Part shown: one piece after another, positions 1-9,970 of the stretch
Layout of the letters: each line of letters opens with the position of its first letter
Numbering within the stretch: position 1 is the stretch's first letter
Sequence record: MN882349.1
Direction: 5' to 3' (one strand)
Origin: Escherichia phage Ec_Makalu_003
DNA: 64,000 nt
Program-made: the position numbers and the translations under genes
Notes under the pieces: generated by a model
What the model was told of the DNA's origin: nothing
The model's input: the letters and a program-made list of their open reading frames with translations, nothing else
Databases searched by the model: none

Positions 1-272
1 CGGTAAAGAAACGACGCTCACCCGACCAAAACCACACACCAGAACAACCAATAGGGGATTCTTTTAACGTCATAGAGTCGAAATTACTACCAATAATAGT
101 AATTTCTCTAACATCACCATCATCGTCAAGGTCTTCTACCCTAAACGGGCGACCAGCCAACAAGTCAACAATACATCTGTTAATAGACGACGAAAATTTA
201 GTCAGTTCGGCTTTCGACGCTTCGCATTCAATCTTGTAAGTTTTACCAACTTCCCATTCCATAATAATCACC

Positions 273-782
273 TCAAATAATTTTCACGGGAATACTATTA
301 ACAATCTTGTATTGTACTTGATTGTCAGACCCCCGCCACGGCTTCTTCGTTGGCATATCTTTAATATAACGCCCATCGATGAACATGTCAACCGATTCTA
401 CAATTTTTCTTTGCTCATCATTCAATTGGTCAAGGGTATAACCGGACCATAGCCAAATATCTTTATTTGGCATCCATGATTTTACTTCATCGATGATCCG
501 CTGTACACCCTTTAAATTGCGTTTATACAGCGGATCTCCACCTAAGAATGTTAGCCCCTGAATAAAATCAGGTCTAAGCAGATCCAGAATCAATCCCATT
601 GTATCATCGGTGAATGGTTCCCCGTTCTTAGGATTGAGTATACTGGAATTAAAGCAACCATCACATGCGTGTGAACATCCGGTAACGTAAAGGGAGACTC
701 TCACTCCCTCACCGTTAACCATATCACAATCTTTAATATCGGCATAGCGTAGTTTGCCGTATGTATCAGAACTCATATTCAA
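273..782 (-). CDS. nrdG: anaerobic ribonucleotide reductase activating protein (radical SAM)
   Basis: 169 aa; radical-SAM cysteine cluster in 'VTGCSHACDGCFN'; lies downstream of nrdD as in T4. Confidence 0.9.
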   Translation of the reverse strand: MNMSSDTYGKLRYADIKDCDMVNGEGVRVSLYVTGCSHACDGCFNSSILNPKNGEPFTDDTMGLILDLLRPDFIQGLTFLGGDPLYKRNLKGVQRIIDEVKSWMPNKDIWLWSGYTLDQLNDEQRKIVESVDMFIDGRYIKDMPTKKPWRGSDNQVQYKIVNSIPVKII

Positions 783-918
783 TTACCCCGAACTCGTTTA
801 CAATCTGCGCTTTATAGTAACCACCGCGAGATGCCAATAGATAAGCTGGGCTTAGGTATTCGTATTCACGGATTTCTACTTGTGCGTTTTCAGTTTCCCA
901 AATCAGTAAAGTCCACAT
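766..918 (-). CDS. small hypothetical protein (50 aa)
   Basis: Track ORF 766..993 trimmed to the ATG at 918, which follows RBS AGGAGAATCAAA; the longer N-terminus would overlap the promoter cassette. Confidence 0.4.
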   Translation of the reverse strand: MWTLLIWETENAQVEIREYEYLSPAYLLASRGGYYKAQIVNEFGVIEYEF

Positions 919-992
919 ATTTGATTCTCCTGTAAAGTTGTATCTCGTCTTGATGAATATAGTATAGGGGATCTCGCGATCCCCGTCAAGCA
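919..992 (-). promoter_or_regulatory. early promoter/stem-loop cassette (PeSL-like) copy A
   Basis: minus strand: TTGACG, 17-nt spacer formed by palindrome GGGGATCTCGCGATCCCC, TATACT, conserved leader, RBS AGGAGAATCAAA. Confidence 0.6.
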
Positions 993-993
993 T

Positions 994-1545
994 TTATTTA
1001 AATTTTTCGAGAGATTTCAACCACAGGCGGCCTGGTAGGTACTCTCCGGCAAACATGAAATTGTCATCTGGATAAGAACGCAGCATATTCAAAATAAACT
1101 TCCGGCACTCTTCGTAATCTTTACGTTTAAGATAAATCACATTCTCGCCAGTACCGATCACACCTTTGCTGTATCCATGCTCTTTACGCACAGACCATTG
1201 TACAGTATCCTTTTTAACCCGAATCACAACAGGTTCCCAATACCCAGCGCATCCGGCTACACCACACGAACAGGTGAGGAAGTATTGACCTTTTGCTTTG
1301 TTTTCCTCCCACCCGATATTAACCGGATGCCATTCGTGAAACAAGGCTAAAGCATCGTGTGTCTCTTCGATCTGTTTATTGTCAATTCTTACCGTAACCA
1401 TCCATACAGGGATCTTATTTGTTGGTTCATCATCATAACATGAATCATCATCAATATGTTCTAATGTCATATCAACATTAATTGATTTTGCGTGTTCCAT
1501 GTGTCGTTGTGCTTTACGTTTACGGTTTAATGATTTCATAGTCAC
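994..1545 (-). CDS. hypothetical protein
   Basis: 183-aa ORF; no recognisable motif. Confidence 0.5.
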   Translation of the reverse strand: MTMKSLNRKRKAQRHMEHAKSINVDMTLEHIDDDSCYDDEPTNKIPVWMVTVRIDNKQIEETHDALALFHEWHPVNIGWEENKAKGQYFLTCSCGVAGCAGYWEPVVIRVKKDTVQWSVRKEHGYSKGVIGTGENVIYLKRKDYEECRKFILNMLRSYPDDNFMFAGEYLPGRLWLKSLEKFK

Positions 1546-1556
1546 CTCACATTATT

Positions 1557-2099
1557 TCAAAGATCGCGATATTGTACATTATGAAAGTGAGAACTTGCAT
1601 TACCAATATTGTAGATAATAAATTCTTCATCCGGCGCTTGCGCTACAAATTGAGTATGAGCAACCGCCACAACCTTAAAAATACGATCCGTGATCTTGTG
1701 TTTAATTTCGGCTCCTACTTCCATAGGAACATATTCATGTGTTTCTGTTTCAGTCGCAAAAAAGCCATCTTCTTCATAAGCACGAACAAATCGATCGCAA
1801 TCAGTACGCTTAACAAATTCAAGAGTATACAATTCTCGTGAATTGTCGGTATATACCAATATAGAATTATTATGATAGCGAATCACATACAGGTTATTAT
1901 CATCGTCAATTACGCAAAAGCTACGGATTTGTGTTCCTTCTCCTTTACTCCAGCAGATATTAACTACCGTTCCTCTAATAAAAAAACTTTCCTTTAAATT
2001 AAAACTAGCCAATGTGCTAGCGTGCATTTTAACAACAACACCATCACCAATTTCCAGTTTACGAAGTTTAACTTCTTTGCTCAGTACACAAAACATCAT
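1557..2099 (-). CDS. hypothetical protein
   Basis: 180-aa ORF with promoter cassette directly upstream. Confidence 0.5.
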   Translation of the reverse strand: MMFCVLSKEVKLRKLEIGDGVVVKMHASTLASFNLKESFFIRGTVVNICWSKGEGTQIRSFCVIDDDNNLYVIRYHNNSILVYTDNSRELYTLEFVKRTDCDRFVRAYEEDGFFATETETHEYVPMEVGAEIKHKITDRIFKVVAVAHTQFVAQAPDEEFIIYNIGNASSHFHNVQYRDL

Positions 2100-2160
2100 A
2101 ATGTTGTCCTCTCTTTGTTTTCGATGTGAGCATTATACATGAGCTAATCATGTTGTCAAC
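2100..2160 (-). promoter_or_regulatory. early promoter/stem-loop cassette copy B
   Basis: minus strand TTGACA, 16-nt palindromic spacer (ACATGA..TCATGT), TATAAT. Confidence 0.6.
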
Positions 2161-2163
2161 ACC

Positions 2164-2196
2164 CCAAAACGAAAAGCCGACCCTTTCGGATCGGCT
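2164..2196 (-). terminator. rho-independent terminator after nrdD
   Basis: hairpin GCCGACCC-TTTC-GGATCGGC followed by U-tract on minus strand. Confidence 0.6.
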
Positions 2197-2201
2197 GAAA
2201 T

Positions 2202-4064
2202 TTACATGTGCTTAACGCGGTTTACCATCTCGGAGTGTTTCCCGTGGTTGAATGGACGCAGGTCAACAGATCCAAGATATCCACTAACGCGACGGATAAC
2301 ATTCATCTTTTCAAGATTGTCATTGCCACAATCAGGGCAAACAAAACCAGACTCGGTCGCTCTCATTTCCTTAGTAGATCCGCATACATGACATACATCA
2401 GAAGGAGTATTAACACCGAAGTAGTGCAATTTATCCATTGCATAGTCTACTACAGTTTCAAGCCCTTTAATGTTGTTTTTCATGTCCGGGAACTCAACAT
2501 AAGAGATCATACCACCAGACGCCAGCCAGTGATAGTCTTTCTCAAAGTCTATTTTCTCAAACGGTGTAACTTTCCGGTCTACGTCAATGTGGAATGAGTT
2601 GGTGTACCAGTCTTTATCGGTAGCACCCTTAACAATACCAAATTGCTCTCGGTCCAGTCGATTAAATCGATAACAAAGGCTCTCGGCTGGCGTGCCGTAA
2701 AGACTAAACCCAAGTCCGGTTTCGTCCTTCCATTTTTCAGTATAATGACGCAGGATTTTAAGAATATGTTTACCGTATCGCTGCGCATCTTCCGAATCAA
2801 ACGGATGAACACCAAACAGGACGCTCAACACTTCATGTAAACCAATATACCCAAGAGAGATACTAGCGCGACCATCTTTCAGCACTTCCAAAATTTCATC
2901 GTTTTGATGAATACGGAAAAATGCACCTTCGGTATACAGTACAGGAGCAACATTGGCTTTAGCCCCTTTTAAAGCGTCTACGCGACTCATGAGCGCATCA
3001 AAGCAAATAGGCAGACGATTAGCTAGCTCTTGTTCGAATAGCTCAATTCTGCGCATTACAGACGCTTTACCAGCACGACGCGCGGCAATAAGTGCAATAC
3101 GCGGAAGATTCAGAGTCACAACACCTAAGTTATTACGTCCGTCTAATACTTCTTCGCCTTTCTCATTATGCCACACACCCAGGAAGCTACGACAACCCAT
3201 CGGGCTAACCGGAACACTAGATCCAGTGATACTACGGTTATTCTTCGCAGAGATATAATCAGGGTAAAGACGCTTACTAGAACATTCCAATGCAAGTTGC
3301 TTAATGTCGTAGTTCGGATCTTCCGGTTTAAGGTTTAATCCTTCTTCTAAGAACATCACCAGCTTAGGAAACACCGGAGTTATACCATCTTTACCTAAAC
3401 CTTTAGTTCGAACTTTCAGGATCGCTTTCTGAATCAGTTTTTCTTCCCAGCTAGTACCCATACCAAAGGTTAAAGTCACAAAAGGTGTTTGACCGTTGGT
3501 AGAGAACAAAGTGTTGATCTCATATTCCAACGCCTGATATCCGTCTAGTGTTTCTTTTTCTGTCTTCTCTTGTGCATAGAGAGTATTAGCTTTGATTCCG
3601 TAGGTTTCGGCATCAGCAAGGTGTTTATGATATGTTTTCTTAACATACGGTGCTAACACCTGATCGATGTTTGCTATGGTAGTTCCGCCATATTGATGAC
3701 TTGCCACCTGTGCGATAATTTGAGCTGTTACAGCACATGCAACACCGATCGATTTAGGACTTTCGATTTGTGCGCTACCCAATTTAAAACCATTCTCTAA
3801 CATGTCTTTGAGATTAACAAGACAGCAGTTAGTAAACGGCATAGCGGGTGCATAATCCATATCATGATAATGAATATCACCGTCTACATGCGCTTTATAG
3901 ATGTGCTCAGGTAACACGGTTTTAGCAATCTGTTTAGACACAGCACCAGCAATCAGATCTCGACGTGTCGGGAATGTTCGCGCGTCTTTGTTCGCGTTCT
4001 CTTTGCTTACTTCGTTTTCTTTACCCGTTGCGATCTCTGTAATGTCTTTGATTAGTTTTTCCAT
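2202..4064 (-). CDS. nrdD: anaerobic ribonucleoside-triphosphate reductase (class III RNR)
   Basis: 620 aa; C-terminal glycyl-radical motif 'RVSGYLG' and Zn-ribbon 'CHVCGS..CPDCG'; uninterrupted, no intron. Confidence 0.95.
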   Translation of the reverse strand: MEKLIKDITEIATGKENEVSKENANKDARTFPTRRDLIAGAVSKQIAKTVLPEHIYKAHVDGDIHYHDMDYAPAMPFTNCCLVNLKDMLENGFKLGSAQIESPKSIGVACAVTAQIIAQVASHQYGGTTIANIDQVLAPYVKKTYHKHLADAETYGIKANTLYAQEKTEKETLDGYQALEYEINTLFSTNGQTPFVTLTFGMGTSWEEKLIQKAILKVRTKGLGKDGITPVFPKLVMFLEEGLNLKPEDPNYDIKQLALECSSKRLYPDYISAKNNRSITGSSVPVSPMGCRSFLGVWHNEKGEEVLDGRNNLGVVTLNLPRIALIAARRAGKASVMRRIELFEQELANRLPICFDALMSRVDALKGAKANVAPVLYTEGAFFRIHQNDEILEVLKDGRASISLGYIGLHEVLSVLFGVHPFDSEDAQRYGKHILKILRHYTEKWKDETGLGFSLYGTPAESLCYRFNRLDREQFGIVKGATDKDWYTNSFHIDVDRKVTPFEKIDFEKDYHWLASGGMISYVEFPDMKNNIKGLETVVDYAMDKLHYFGVNTPSDVCHVCGSTKEMRATESGFVCPDCGNDNLEKMNVIRRVSGYLGSVDLRPFNHGKHSEMVNRVKHM

Positions 4065-4065
4065 T

Positions 4066-4090
4066 GTATCACCTATGAAAAAGCGGGATT
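4066..4090 (-). terminator. hairpin/terminator between upstream gene and nrdD
   Basis: AGCGGGA-TTTTC-TCCCGCT hairpin followed by U-run on minus strand. Confidence 0.45.
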
Positions 4091-4109
4091 TTCTCCCGCT
4101 CGTTGATAG

Positions 4110-4604
4110 TTATTTTACCAGTTCTGCTAATTCTTTTTCTTTAGCTTCCAGTTCAGCCTTAAGCTGTTTAATCTCTTGTCGCTTCTTATTAGCGGCTTCC
4201 TGCTTACTATTTCGGATAATCTGATCTAGATACAACTCCCAATCCTGAATATTTTTGATAATATAACCGTCAACATTAATTGGTCGGATATTTAGTACAG
4301 CTTCCAGTTTAGTCGCAAAGACTTTAATTGCTGGGGTGAAGTATTCATATTCGTTATCTTCAAACCAATAACCTAGACTTGCATTATCAATACGAAGACG
4401 AAGTTCAAGATCAAGGTCTTTATCTTCGGTGTATAGGTCTTTTACACCCCCCATCGAACCAACAACAACTTTAAAACGAATTTTATCAACACCACCAAAC
4501 ACATCAGTAAGGATACCAGCAATTGAACTATTAGCGCAAGATTGGTCGCTGAATGCGTCAAGGTTTTCTTTAGTTACAGTATACCAAACATCTTGTACCC
4601 ACAT
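4110..4604 (-). CDS. hypothetical protein with C-terminal coiled coil
   Basis: 164-aa ORF; C-terminal K/E-rich heptad-like tail; promoter cassette upstream. Confidence 0.55.
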   Translation of the reverse strand: MWVQDVWYTVTKENLDAFSDQSCANSSIAGILTDVFGGVDKIRFKVVVGSMGGVKDLYTEDKDLDLELRLRIDNASLGYWFEDNEYEYFTPAIKVFATKLEAVLNIRPINVDGYIIKNIQDWELYLDQIIRNSKQEAANKKRQEIKQLKAELEAKEKELAELVK

Positions 4605-4662
4605 AATATAATCCTCTCGTTGTTAAGTGGGAGTATTATAGCATACTCCCTTCGCATGTCAA
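4605..4662 (-). promoter_or_regulatory. early promoter/stem-loop cassette copy C
   Basis: minus strand TTGACA-N16-TATAAT; palindrome GGGAGTA..TACTCCC encloses the -10. Confidence 0.6.
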
Positions 4663-5837
4663 GCACGAACTTTTTTCTTTACTGCTTTCACCTTCTGGCG
4701 AATTGCTCGAATCTCTTCGATCTCTTTTTCAGTCTCTTTAACAATTTCTTTGCGATTCTGAATATCTGTATCGAGATTATCATCAAGTTTAGGCAGCATG
4801 TCAATCAAGAACTTTTTAAAGTCTTTCAGGTTTCGGATAACCGCACCTTCACCCATTACCGCCACCCCTACACCATCCGGCAGATCACCAAACAGCTTAA
4901 CCAGTTCAGATAGATGATCATGATCCTCTAGTGCTTCTTCCGGTTCAGATGGCAGTTCAACAAAGTTATAACGTTCATCATTGCTGATCAGATGATACCA
5001 GCAAAGCCCGAAAGATTTAGGAGTATATTCTACACCATCAACTTCAACCGCGTCAACACTTCCGAAAGGATCTACTTTAGTTACCTTAAATCCATGTTCC
5101 AGCTTTTGAACAATTTCAATAACATGGCTGGATACGGTTTCAGTGTTAAACCAATGAGGCAAATTATGCTGATTTGGCTTGTAGCGTTCGCCTACTTTAA
5201 ATCGCTGACCTTCCGCTTGCATAGAATGAAATTGATGGTTGGTGATTTCCGCGAAGTATTCAAATTCGCCACCGTCAAACACACAAGCCCATTGATCACA
5301 AAAACGATCTGCCTTAACGGTTTCACCTTTCGCGGTGATCATGGTAGCTGATCCGTGCAATTCTTCTTCAACCAAAAAGCCATATTCGACAAAATCAGCA
5401 AGTTTCATGGCTTCTTTGTGTTCTGGGTCATGCTCTCCCCAGAATCGCTTAAATTCTTGCAAACCTTCTGGGGTAAACGAATAACATTTACCTTTTTCAA
5501 AGTAAGTCGGCATTGCATCCTCTTTCTTGTTCATCGCTTCGTATGCCTCTTTTGAGATACGTTTAAAGTATTTGCGCTCATTGTGCATAATCATAGTAGA
5601 CCAATAATAAACGATATCCTCAGCGGAATAAACTACATCTCCAGCTTCAATAGTAATAACATGACCGTGGTCATCTTTTTCTAATACTTTAAAGCCCTTT
5701 TCTACGATTTCAGCAACTCGAATATGACCACGGCGCGAAGCATCGGTCAGAATAATTGAATAGCGAGAAAAGTCTAGAAACTCATCTTTACCGCCTTCAC
5801 GGAATGCATAGTAATGACCTTCAAAGAATTTAGCCAT
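4659..5837 (-). CDS. hypothetical protein, paralog family member (two repeated domains)
   Basis: 392 aa; shares the 'GFKVL..NERKYFKRI(S/T)K' domain with the 5901..6479 and 6488..6748 products. Confidence 0.6.
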   Translation of the reverse strand: MAKFFEGHYYAFREGGKDEFLDFSRYSIILTDASRRGHIRVAEIVEKGFKVLEKDDHGHVITIEAGDVVYSAEDIVYYWSTMIMHNERKYFKRISKEAYEAMNKKEDAMPTYFEKGKCYSFTPEGLQEFKRFWGEHDPEHKEAMKLADFVEYGFLVEEELHGSATMITAKGETVKADRFCDQWACVFDGGEFEYFAEITNHQFHSMQAEGQRFKVGERYKPNQHNLPHWFNTETVSSHVIEIVQKLEHGFKVTKVDPFGSVDAVEVDGVEYTPKSFGLCWYHLISNDERYNFVELPSEPEEALEDHDHLSELVKLFGDLPDGVGVAVMGEGAVIRNLKDFKKFLIDMLPKLDDNLDTDIQNRKEIVKETEKEIEEIRAIRQKVKAVKKKVRA

Positions 5838-5897
5838 AATATAATCCTCTCGTTGTTTAGATGGGAGTATCTTACTACTCCCGTTTCATCATGTCAA
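5838..5897 (-). promoter_or_regulatory. early promoter/stem-loop cassette copy D
   Basis: minus strand TTGACA-N17-TAAGAT; palindrome GGGAGTA..TACTCCC. Confidence 0.55.
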
Positions 5898-5900
5898 GCG

Positions 5901-6479
5901 TTAAAGTGACTTTTTAATCTCTTTCAGTTCTTCCACTTTCTCGGCGCTGAATTTAGCGTAGGTATCATGTCGAATAATTTCACTTTCAAGAAAGGTTTCC
6001 AGTCGAGATCTATTTTCAATAAGGAACTCTTTCAGGTCTTCCGCGTTCTTGACAAAGATTTTATTGTCGGTAATGTCATCTTCAATCGCAAAGGAGATAG
6101 AGCGAACTTTACCAAACAAGTTAATCAGATCTTCCAGAGATTCTTCTTTCTTAACTGGTTTCATTTCTTCAAACTGCTTTTTAGTGATGCGTTTAAAGTA
6201 TTTGCGCTCGTTTGCAGCAATCAGAACAGATGCACCTTCATACCCATGAGTTTCTACCAGATACACACGCCCCATCGCATCAACAGTGAGAACTTTAAAG
6301 CCGTTACAAAGCACGTCATACAAGAACTTATTATGTTGCGGACATCGTTTGATAAATTCTGCGGCTGTTTCTGCACTACGGAAAGTGTAATAACGACCTC
6401 GTTCAAAAACAGCATCATTTGAAGACTTAGCCGGATACAATTTATACGTTTTCTGTACCATAATATAATCCTCTATCAT
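5901..6479 (-). CDS. hypothetical protein, paralog family member
   Basis: 192 aa; shares 'NERKYFKRITK' and an identical 20-nt DNA stretch with 4659..5837. Confidence 0.6.
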   Translation of the reverse strand: MIEDYIMVQKTYKLYPAKSSNDAVFERGRYYTFRSAETAAEFIKRCPQHNKFLYDVLCNGFKVLTVDAMGRVYLVETHGYEGASVLIAANERKYFKRITKKQFEEMKPVKKEESLEDLINLFGKVRSISFAIEDDITDNKIFVKNAEDLKEFLIENRSRLETFLESEIIRHDTYAKFSAEKVEELKEIKKSL

Positions 6480-6487
6480 TTCACTAA

Positions 6488-6748
6488 TTAAACAGCACGG
6501 AACAGAATGCGCTCACACGGAAGCAGCATAAATTCCCAACGCGGGTCAAAGTCTTTAGCGGTGTATGTTTTCCCATCAACCGCTATTTCACTTACATAAC
6601 CAACAGGTGACACTTTAAGAACAGTAAACCCATTCTTGATGACTTCGTAGGTATCTTTCACCCCTTCGTATTCATCATCTAAGAAGTCTTTATGTGCTTG
6701 CTCAGATTTAAAAACATAGGCCACACCAGCTTTAAACATCTTACGCAT
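6488..6748 (-). CDS. hypothetical protein, short paralog family member
   Basis: 86 aa; 'NGFTVLKV..DG..YT' resembles the repeated domain of its neighbours. Confidence 0.5.
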   Translation of the reverse strand: MRKMFKAGVAYVFKSEQAHKDFLDDEYEGVKDTYEVIKNGFTVLKVSPVGYVSEIAVDGKTYTAKDFDPRWEFMLLPCERILFRAV

Positions 6749-6808
6749 TGTTGATTCTCCTTCTTGATTAGATGGGAGTATTTTACTACTCCCATTTTAT
6801 GTTGTCAA
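6749..6808 (-). promoter_or_regulatory. early promoter/stem-loop cassette copy E
   Basis: minus strand TTGACA-N17-TAAAAT; palindrome GGGAGTA..TACTCCC. Confidence 0.55.
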
Positions 6809-6811
6809 CTA

Positions 6812-7300
6812 CTATCTTAATCTTTGTATGAATTGTTTCTTATACTTCTTCGTGATCTCTTCTCTTGTATCAGCGTCGCAGTAATCGAAACCTTCTGCGT
6901 CCATAATAGCAACCATCTCCGCGCGTGTCAAGCGTGAAAATCGTTTTACTTTATCAACGGCATATTGAGGATGTAAATGATTGTTGGTGTAGTCTCCTTT
7001 GATGTAATTAACGTAGTTTGTAGCCCAAACTACGAAATCAGCACCTAAAGCACCAACACCAAACCGCTTAAAGTCTCCGGTCAACGATCCTTCTAGGCGG
7101 TTGCAACACGAATGAAGCAATCCCCTTACGCGGCCTTGACCTTTCCCATCTAGGTCGTGATCATGGTCAAGATGATTTTTGCTCATATCCTCAAAAAGTG
7201 GTAATTGACAAAGGGGGCAAATGCCCCCTTGTTTTTCGAATAGTTCTTGTTTGTACTCTTTAGCACTCTTAGCAGTCAGTAACATAAATTCACCCTCCAA
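6812..7300 (-). CDS. 49: endonuclease VII (Holliday-junction resolvase)
   Basis: 162 aa; Zn-binding CPLC plus 'NHLDHDHDL..RGLLHSCCN' endonuclease-VII-type motif; position between nrdD and nrdC as in T4. Confidence 0.85.
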   Translation of the reverse strand: MEGEFMLLTAKSAKEYKQELFEKQGGICPLCQLPLFEDMSKNHLDHDHDLDGKGQGRVRGLLHSCCNRLEGSLTGDFKRFGVGALGADFVVWATNYVNYIKGDYTNNHLHPQYAVDKVKRFSRLTRAEMVAIMDAEGFDYCDADTREEITKKYKKQFIQRLR

Positions 7301-7309
7301 AGAAGGTAT

Positions 7310-7603
7310 TTAACCATTAATCTTGTTTTTGACTACAAAGGATCTGAACTCATCAAAGCCACCGATATAATCACCATTATAGAAAATCTGCGGCATGGTG
7401 GCAATAACTTCTACCCCTGCGCGATCCTGAATGTCGGCAATGATAGAATCAATCTTTACCGGACGACCGTTTTCGTCTACACCATCATTAACCGGAATGT
7501 AGATGTAAGGGATCTTACGCGATTCACAAAGGCGCTTTGCATTCTGGCAATACTTACAGTTGTAACCTTCAAAACCAAAAATTTCTACCATATTATACCT
7601 CAA
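7310..7603 (-). CDS. nrdC: glutaredoxin/thioredoxin (RNR reductant)
   Basis: 97 aa; CxxC active site 'CKYC'; 'NGDYIGGFDEF' end typical of glutaredoxins. Confidence 0.8.
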   Translation of the reverse strand: MRYNMVEIFGFEGYNCKYCQNAKRLCESRKIPYIYIPVNDGVDENGRPVKIDSIIADIQDRAGVEVIATMPQIFYNGDYIGGFDEFRSFVVKNKING

Positions 7604-8412
7604 TCTACGTTAGTTACATAAACTTCTTGCGTATCAGAAGACTTGCCACCTGAACGATCTAGGCAATAGGTCTTATTCAACAGGACGCAGTTTAGATCAT
7701 TCCGCTTGATAAAGTCAAGAAGATGATCATTTACCTTTCCCTTATGATGCGTGACATTACTGATACCAAACTGAAAACCACGCGCCATAATAGATTCTAC
7801 CCACTGATAGAATTTAATCTCTTCCTCGTCACTCCAGAACTTATTATATTCCGCAGAAGTGATAAGATACGGCGGGTCCAAATAAACGAAATCACCTGGC
7901 AAGATCTCGATCTCGTCATATCGTCCAGAAGTAAAAATGATTCGACCGTCTTTGTTTTCTTCCTTAAAATTCAGGACACGCTCTACCGCGTTTTCGTTAA
8001 AAGTCCGGCGACCAAAATTAGCATTAAATTCGCCCTTCCGGTTATGGCGGTTAATGTTGCTAAAACTATGCTGAATCAACACAAACAGCGATAGCGGATC
8101 TGGATTCTCGTTATACTTCTTACGGAATGTCATGTAAGCGTCTTTATCTTCGCGAGACAAACCATTTTCGGCAATAATCCGCTTGATCGTAGAAACCGGA
8201 TCAGGACACTCGTCAATGGCCTTGTAAGCGTCAATTAATTGGTGATCATAGTCATTAGCCAGCACATCACCTTCGACGTACAGAGACACGCTCAAGCCAC
8301 CACAAAAGGCATCAACAAAGCGTTTGTAGTGCTTAGGGAAATACTTACTAATTGTCGGTAATAACTTTTCTTTATTGCCAGTATAGGGAATTAAACCTAA
8401 TACTTTCTTCAT
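7600..8412 (-). CDS. dam: DNA adenine methyltransferase (Dam-type, alpha-class N6A)
   Basis: 270 aa; SAM motif 'FVDAFCGGLSV' and catalytic 'DPPY'. Confidence 0.9.
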   Translation of the reverse strand: MKKVLGLIPYTGNKEKLLPTISKYFPKHYKRFVDAFCGGLSVSLYVEGDVLANDYDHQLIDAYKAIDECPDPVSTIKRIIAENGLSREDKDAYMTFRKKYNENPDPLSLFVLIQHSFSNINRHNRKGEFNANFGRRTFNENAVERVLNFKEENKDGRIIFTSGRYDEIEILPGDFVYLDPPYLITSAEYNKFWSDEEEIKFYQWVESIMARGFQFGISNVTHHKGKVNDHLLDFIKRNDLNCVLLNKTYCLDRSGGKSSDTQEVYVTNVD

Positions 8413-8843
8413 TATCCCTTCCTCAAATAAGTTCTCTCAATCTCTACCAGTTCGAAAAATTCATCCCAATCACACGGAAAGTTACAGTTTCCAAAATGGT
8501 CTTCGTTGTAGAGTTCTTTACCGGATGGCAACTTAATATCTGTTACAGTATACCAACCGCAGCAATCGCAATCACCCTCAACAACAGAAACCTTCGTAGG
8601 AATTTGCATCATTGCCAGATACAAAGGTACGTCAGACTGTTCAAAGATCATGTAACCTTCATGGTCAAACGAGACAAAATTGTCATCACCCAAAAAAGGA
8701 ATGTAATGGTCATAATCGATGACAGGTTGACCGTGCAATTCCCATTCTACAATTTTAACAATACCACTAAACTTTATACCCATCATATCAACCATAAAAT
8801 GGGTATCATCAATGTAAATCTTACTAGGTGTTGGATAAACCAT
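8412..8843 (-). CDS. hypothetical protein
   Basis: 143-aa ORF. Confidence 0.5.
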   Translation of the reverse strand: MVYPTPSKIYIDDTHFMVDMMGIKFSGIVKIVEWELHGQPVIDYDHYIPFLGDDNFVSFDHEGYMIFEQSDVPLYLAMMQIPTKVSVVEGDCDCCGWYTVTDIKLPSGKELYNEDHFGNCNFPCDWDEFFELVEIERTYLRKG

Positions 8844-8853
8844 TATATAATCC

Positions 8854-9150
8854 TCATATCTCAGAGAATAGAATCTCTGTTAGCTTCACTGACTGCTCTC
8901 TGAATGTTAGCGTATACTCGAAAGGAAAGTCAACACCTAATTTCAGAAGAGAATAACCTACCGCCTCTTTATGCTTATCGGTTAGGGCGATCCTAACCAA
9001 TTCCCGTTGAATCTCTTTAGGCGGTGAATGGATAGTAACACGGGTATCATGTAATGTCCAGTCACCATTTCGAATTAAGATTAACGGTTTATCATCATTG
9101 AAGATCACCGACCCCTTTCCGGTCGGTGAATGTTTTATATTAATCATCAA
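8854..9150 (-). CDS. hypothetical protein
   Basis: 98-aa ORF. Confidence 0.45.
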   Translation of the reverse strand: MMINIKHSPTGKGSVIFNDDKPLILIRNGDWTLHDTRVTIHSPPKEIQRELVRIALTDKHKEAVGYSLLKLGVDFPFEYTLTFREQSVKLTEILFSEI

Positions 9151-9361
9151 ATTCTAAGAAATATTCTGGAACGATATAACCGTTAAAGTCATTGCACTTA
9201 TAAAAATGTGGTGCATTTAATGCTGGATGAGCATTAGTAAAGAGTTTACCCTCTAGAAACAGAATGTAATTAATCGGTCTAATACCGACAGAATCAGGGT
9301 CTAAACCTTTTTCTTTCAGTTCAGCCAGCGTTAAAACTCGTCCAGATCTTAACTTAGCCAT
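9140..9361 (-). CDS. hypothetical protein
   Basis: 73-aa ORF. Confidence 0.4.
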   Translation of the reverse strand: MAKLRSGRVLTLAELKEKGLDPDSVGIRPINYILFLEGKLFTNAHPALNAPHFYKCNDFNGYIVPEYFLEFDD

Positions 9362-9647
9362 GATTTACCCCCAATTCATCAAGATTATGTCGCAGCATTT
9401 CAGAGTATTTTTCTACTTCCTTAATCTTAGTGTGGATCTCCACGATCTCATCCACACTATCAGAAATTTTAATGGCATTCGCGAGCGTGCTTTTACCCGC
9501 TTTCACAGTCTCTTTCATTTCAACCAACATGTCCGCGTGTTTCAATAGTAATTCTTCACGTCGAACATAGGCGACGGTCAAAGCCTCATCAGCAAGTTCT
9601 AAAGCATTTTCAGCGACACCAACAACCATTTTACGAGTAGACAACAT
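9354..9647 (-). CDS. hypothetical protein
   Basis: 97-aa ORF. Confidence 0.45.
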   Translation of the reverse strand: MLSTRKMVVGVAENALELADEALTVAYVRREELLLKHADMLVEMKETVKAGKSTLANAIKISDSVDEIVEIHTKIKEVEKYSEMLRHNLDELGVNHG

Positions 9648-9661
9648 AAATTCACCTCACA

Positions 9662-9970
9662 TTATTTCACGTTAACGCCGTCATCAATCCAGCCGACGCT
9701 ATTTGGTTTAACAGTTTTACCATAGGATGCATACTTAATCAAGCATGGTTTAACATCATTATCAAATCTTCCTAAGCGCACTCCCAAATCAGGAATATCC
9801 ATGTATGCGGCTTTATATCCCCATGTACAATATTCAGCATCAATCTCAACCGGACGGCCTTTAAAAGCATATACTACACCGTAACGGTCAACAATAACAT
9901 AGCGATAGCCAGCCGGAAGATACACAGTTTCGCCGTAAACTTTAACTGGAGTAGCAGAAGAGATAAACAT
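9662..9970 (-). CDS. hypothetical protein
   Basis: 102-aa ORF with promoter cassette upstream. Confidence 0.5.
   Translation of the reverse strand: MFISSATPVKVYGETVYLPAGYRYVIVDRYGVVYAFKGRPVEIDAEYCTWGYKAAYMDIPDLGVRLGRFDNDVKPCLIKYASYGKTVKPNSVGWIDDGVNVK

Noticed and set aside
2202-4064. Group I intron / homing endonuclease in nrdD (as in T4)
   Set aside because: nrdD here is one uninterrupted 620-aa ORF of the expected size.
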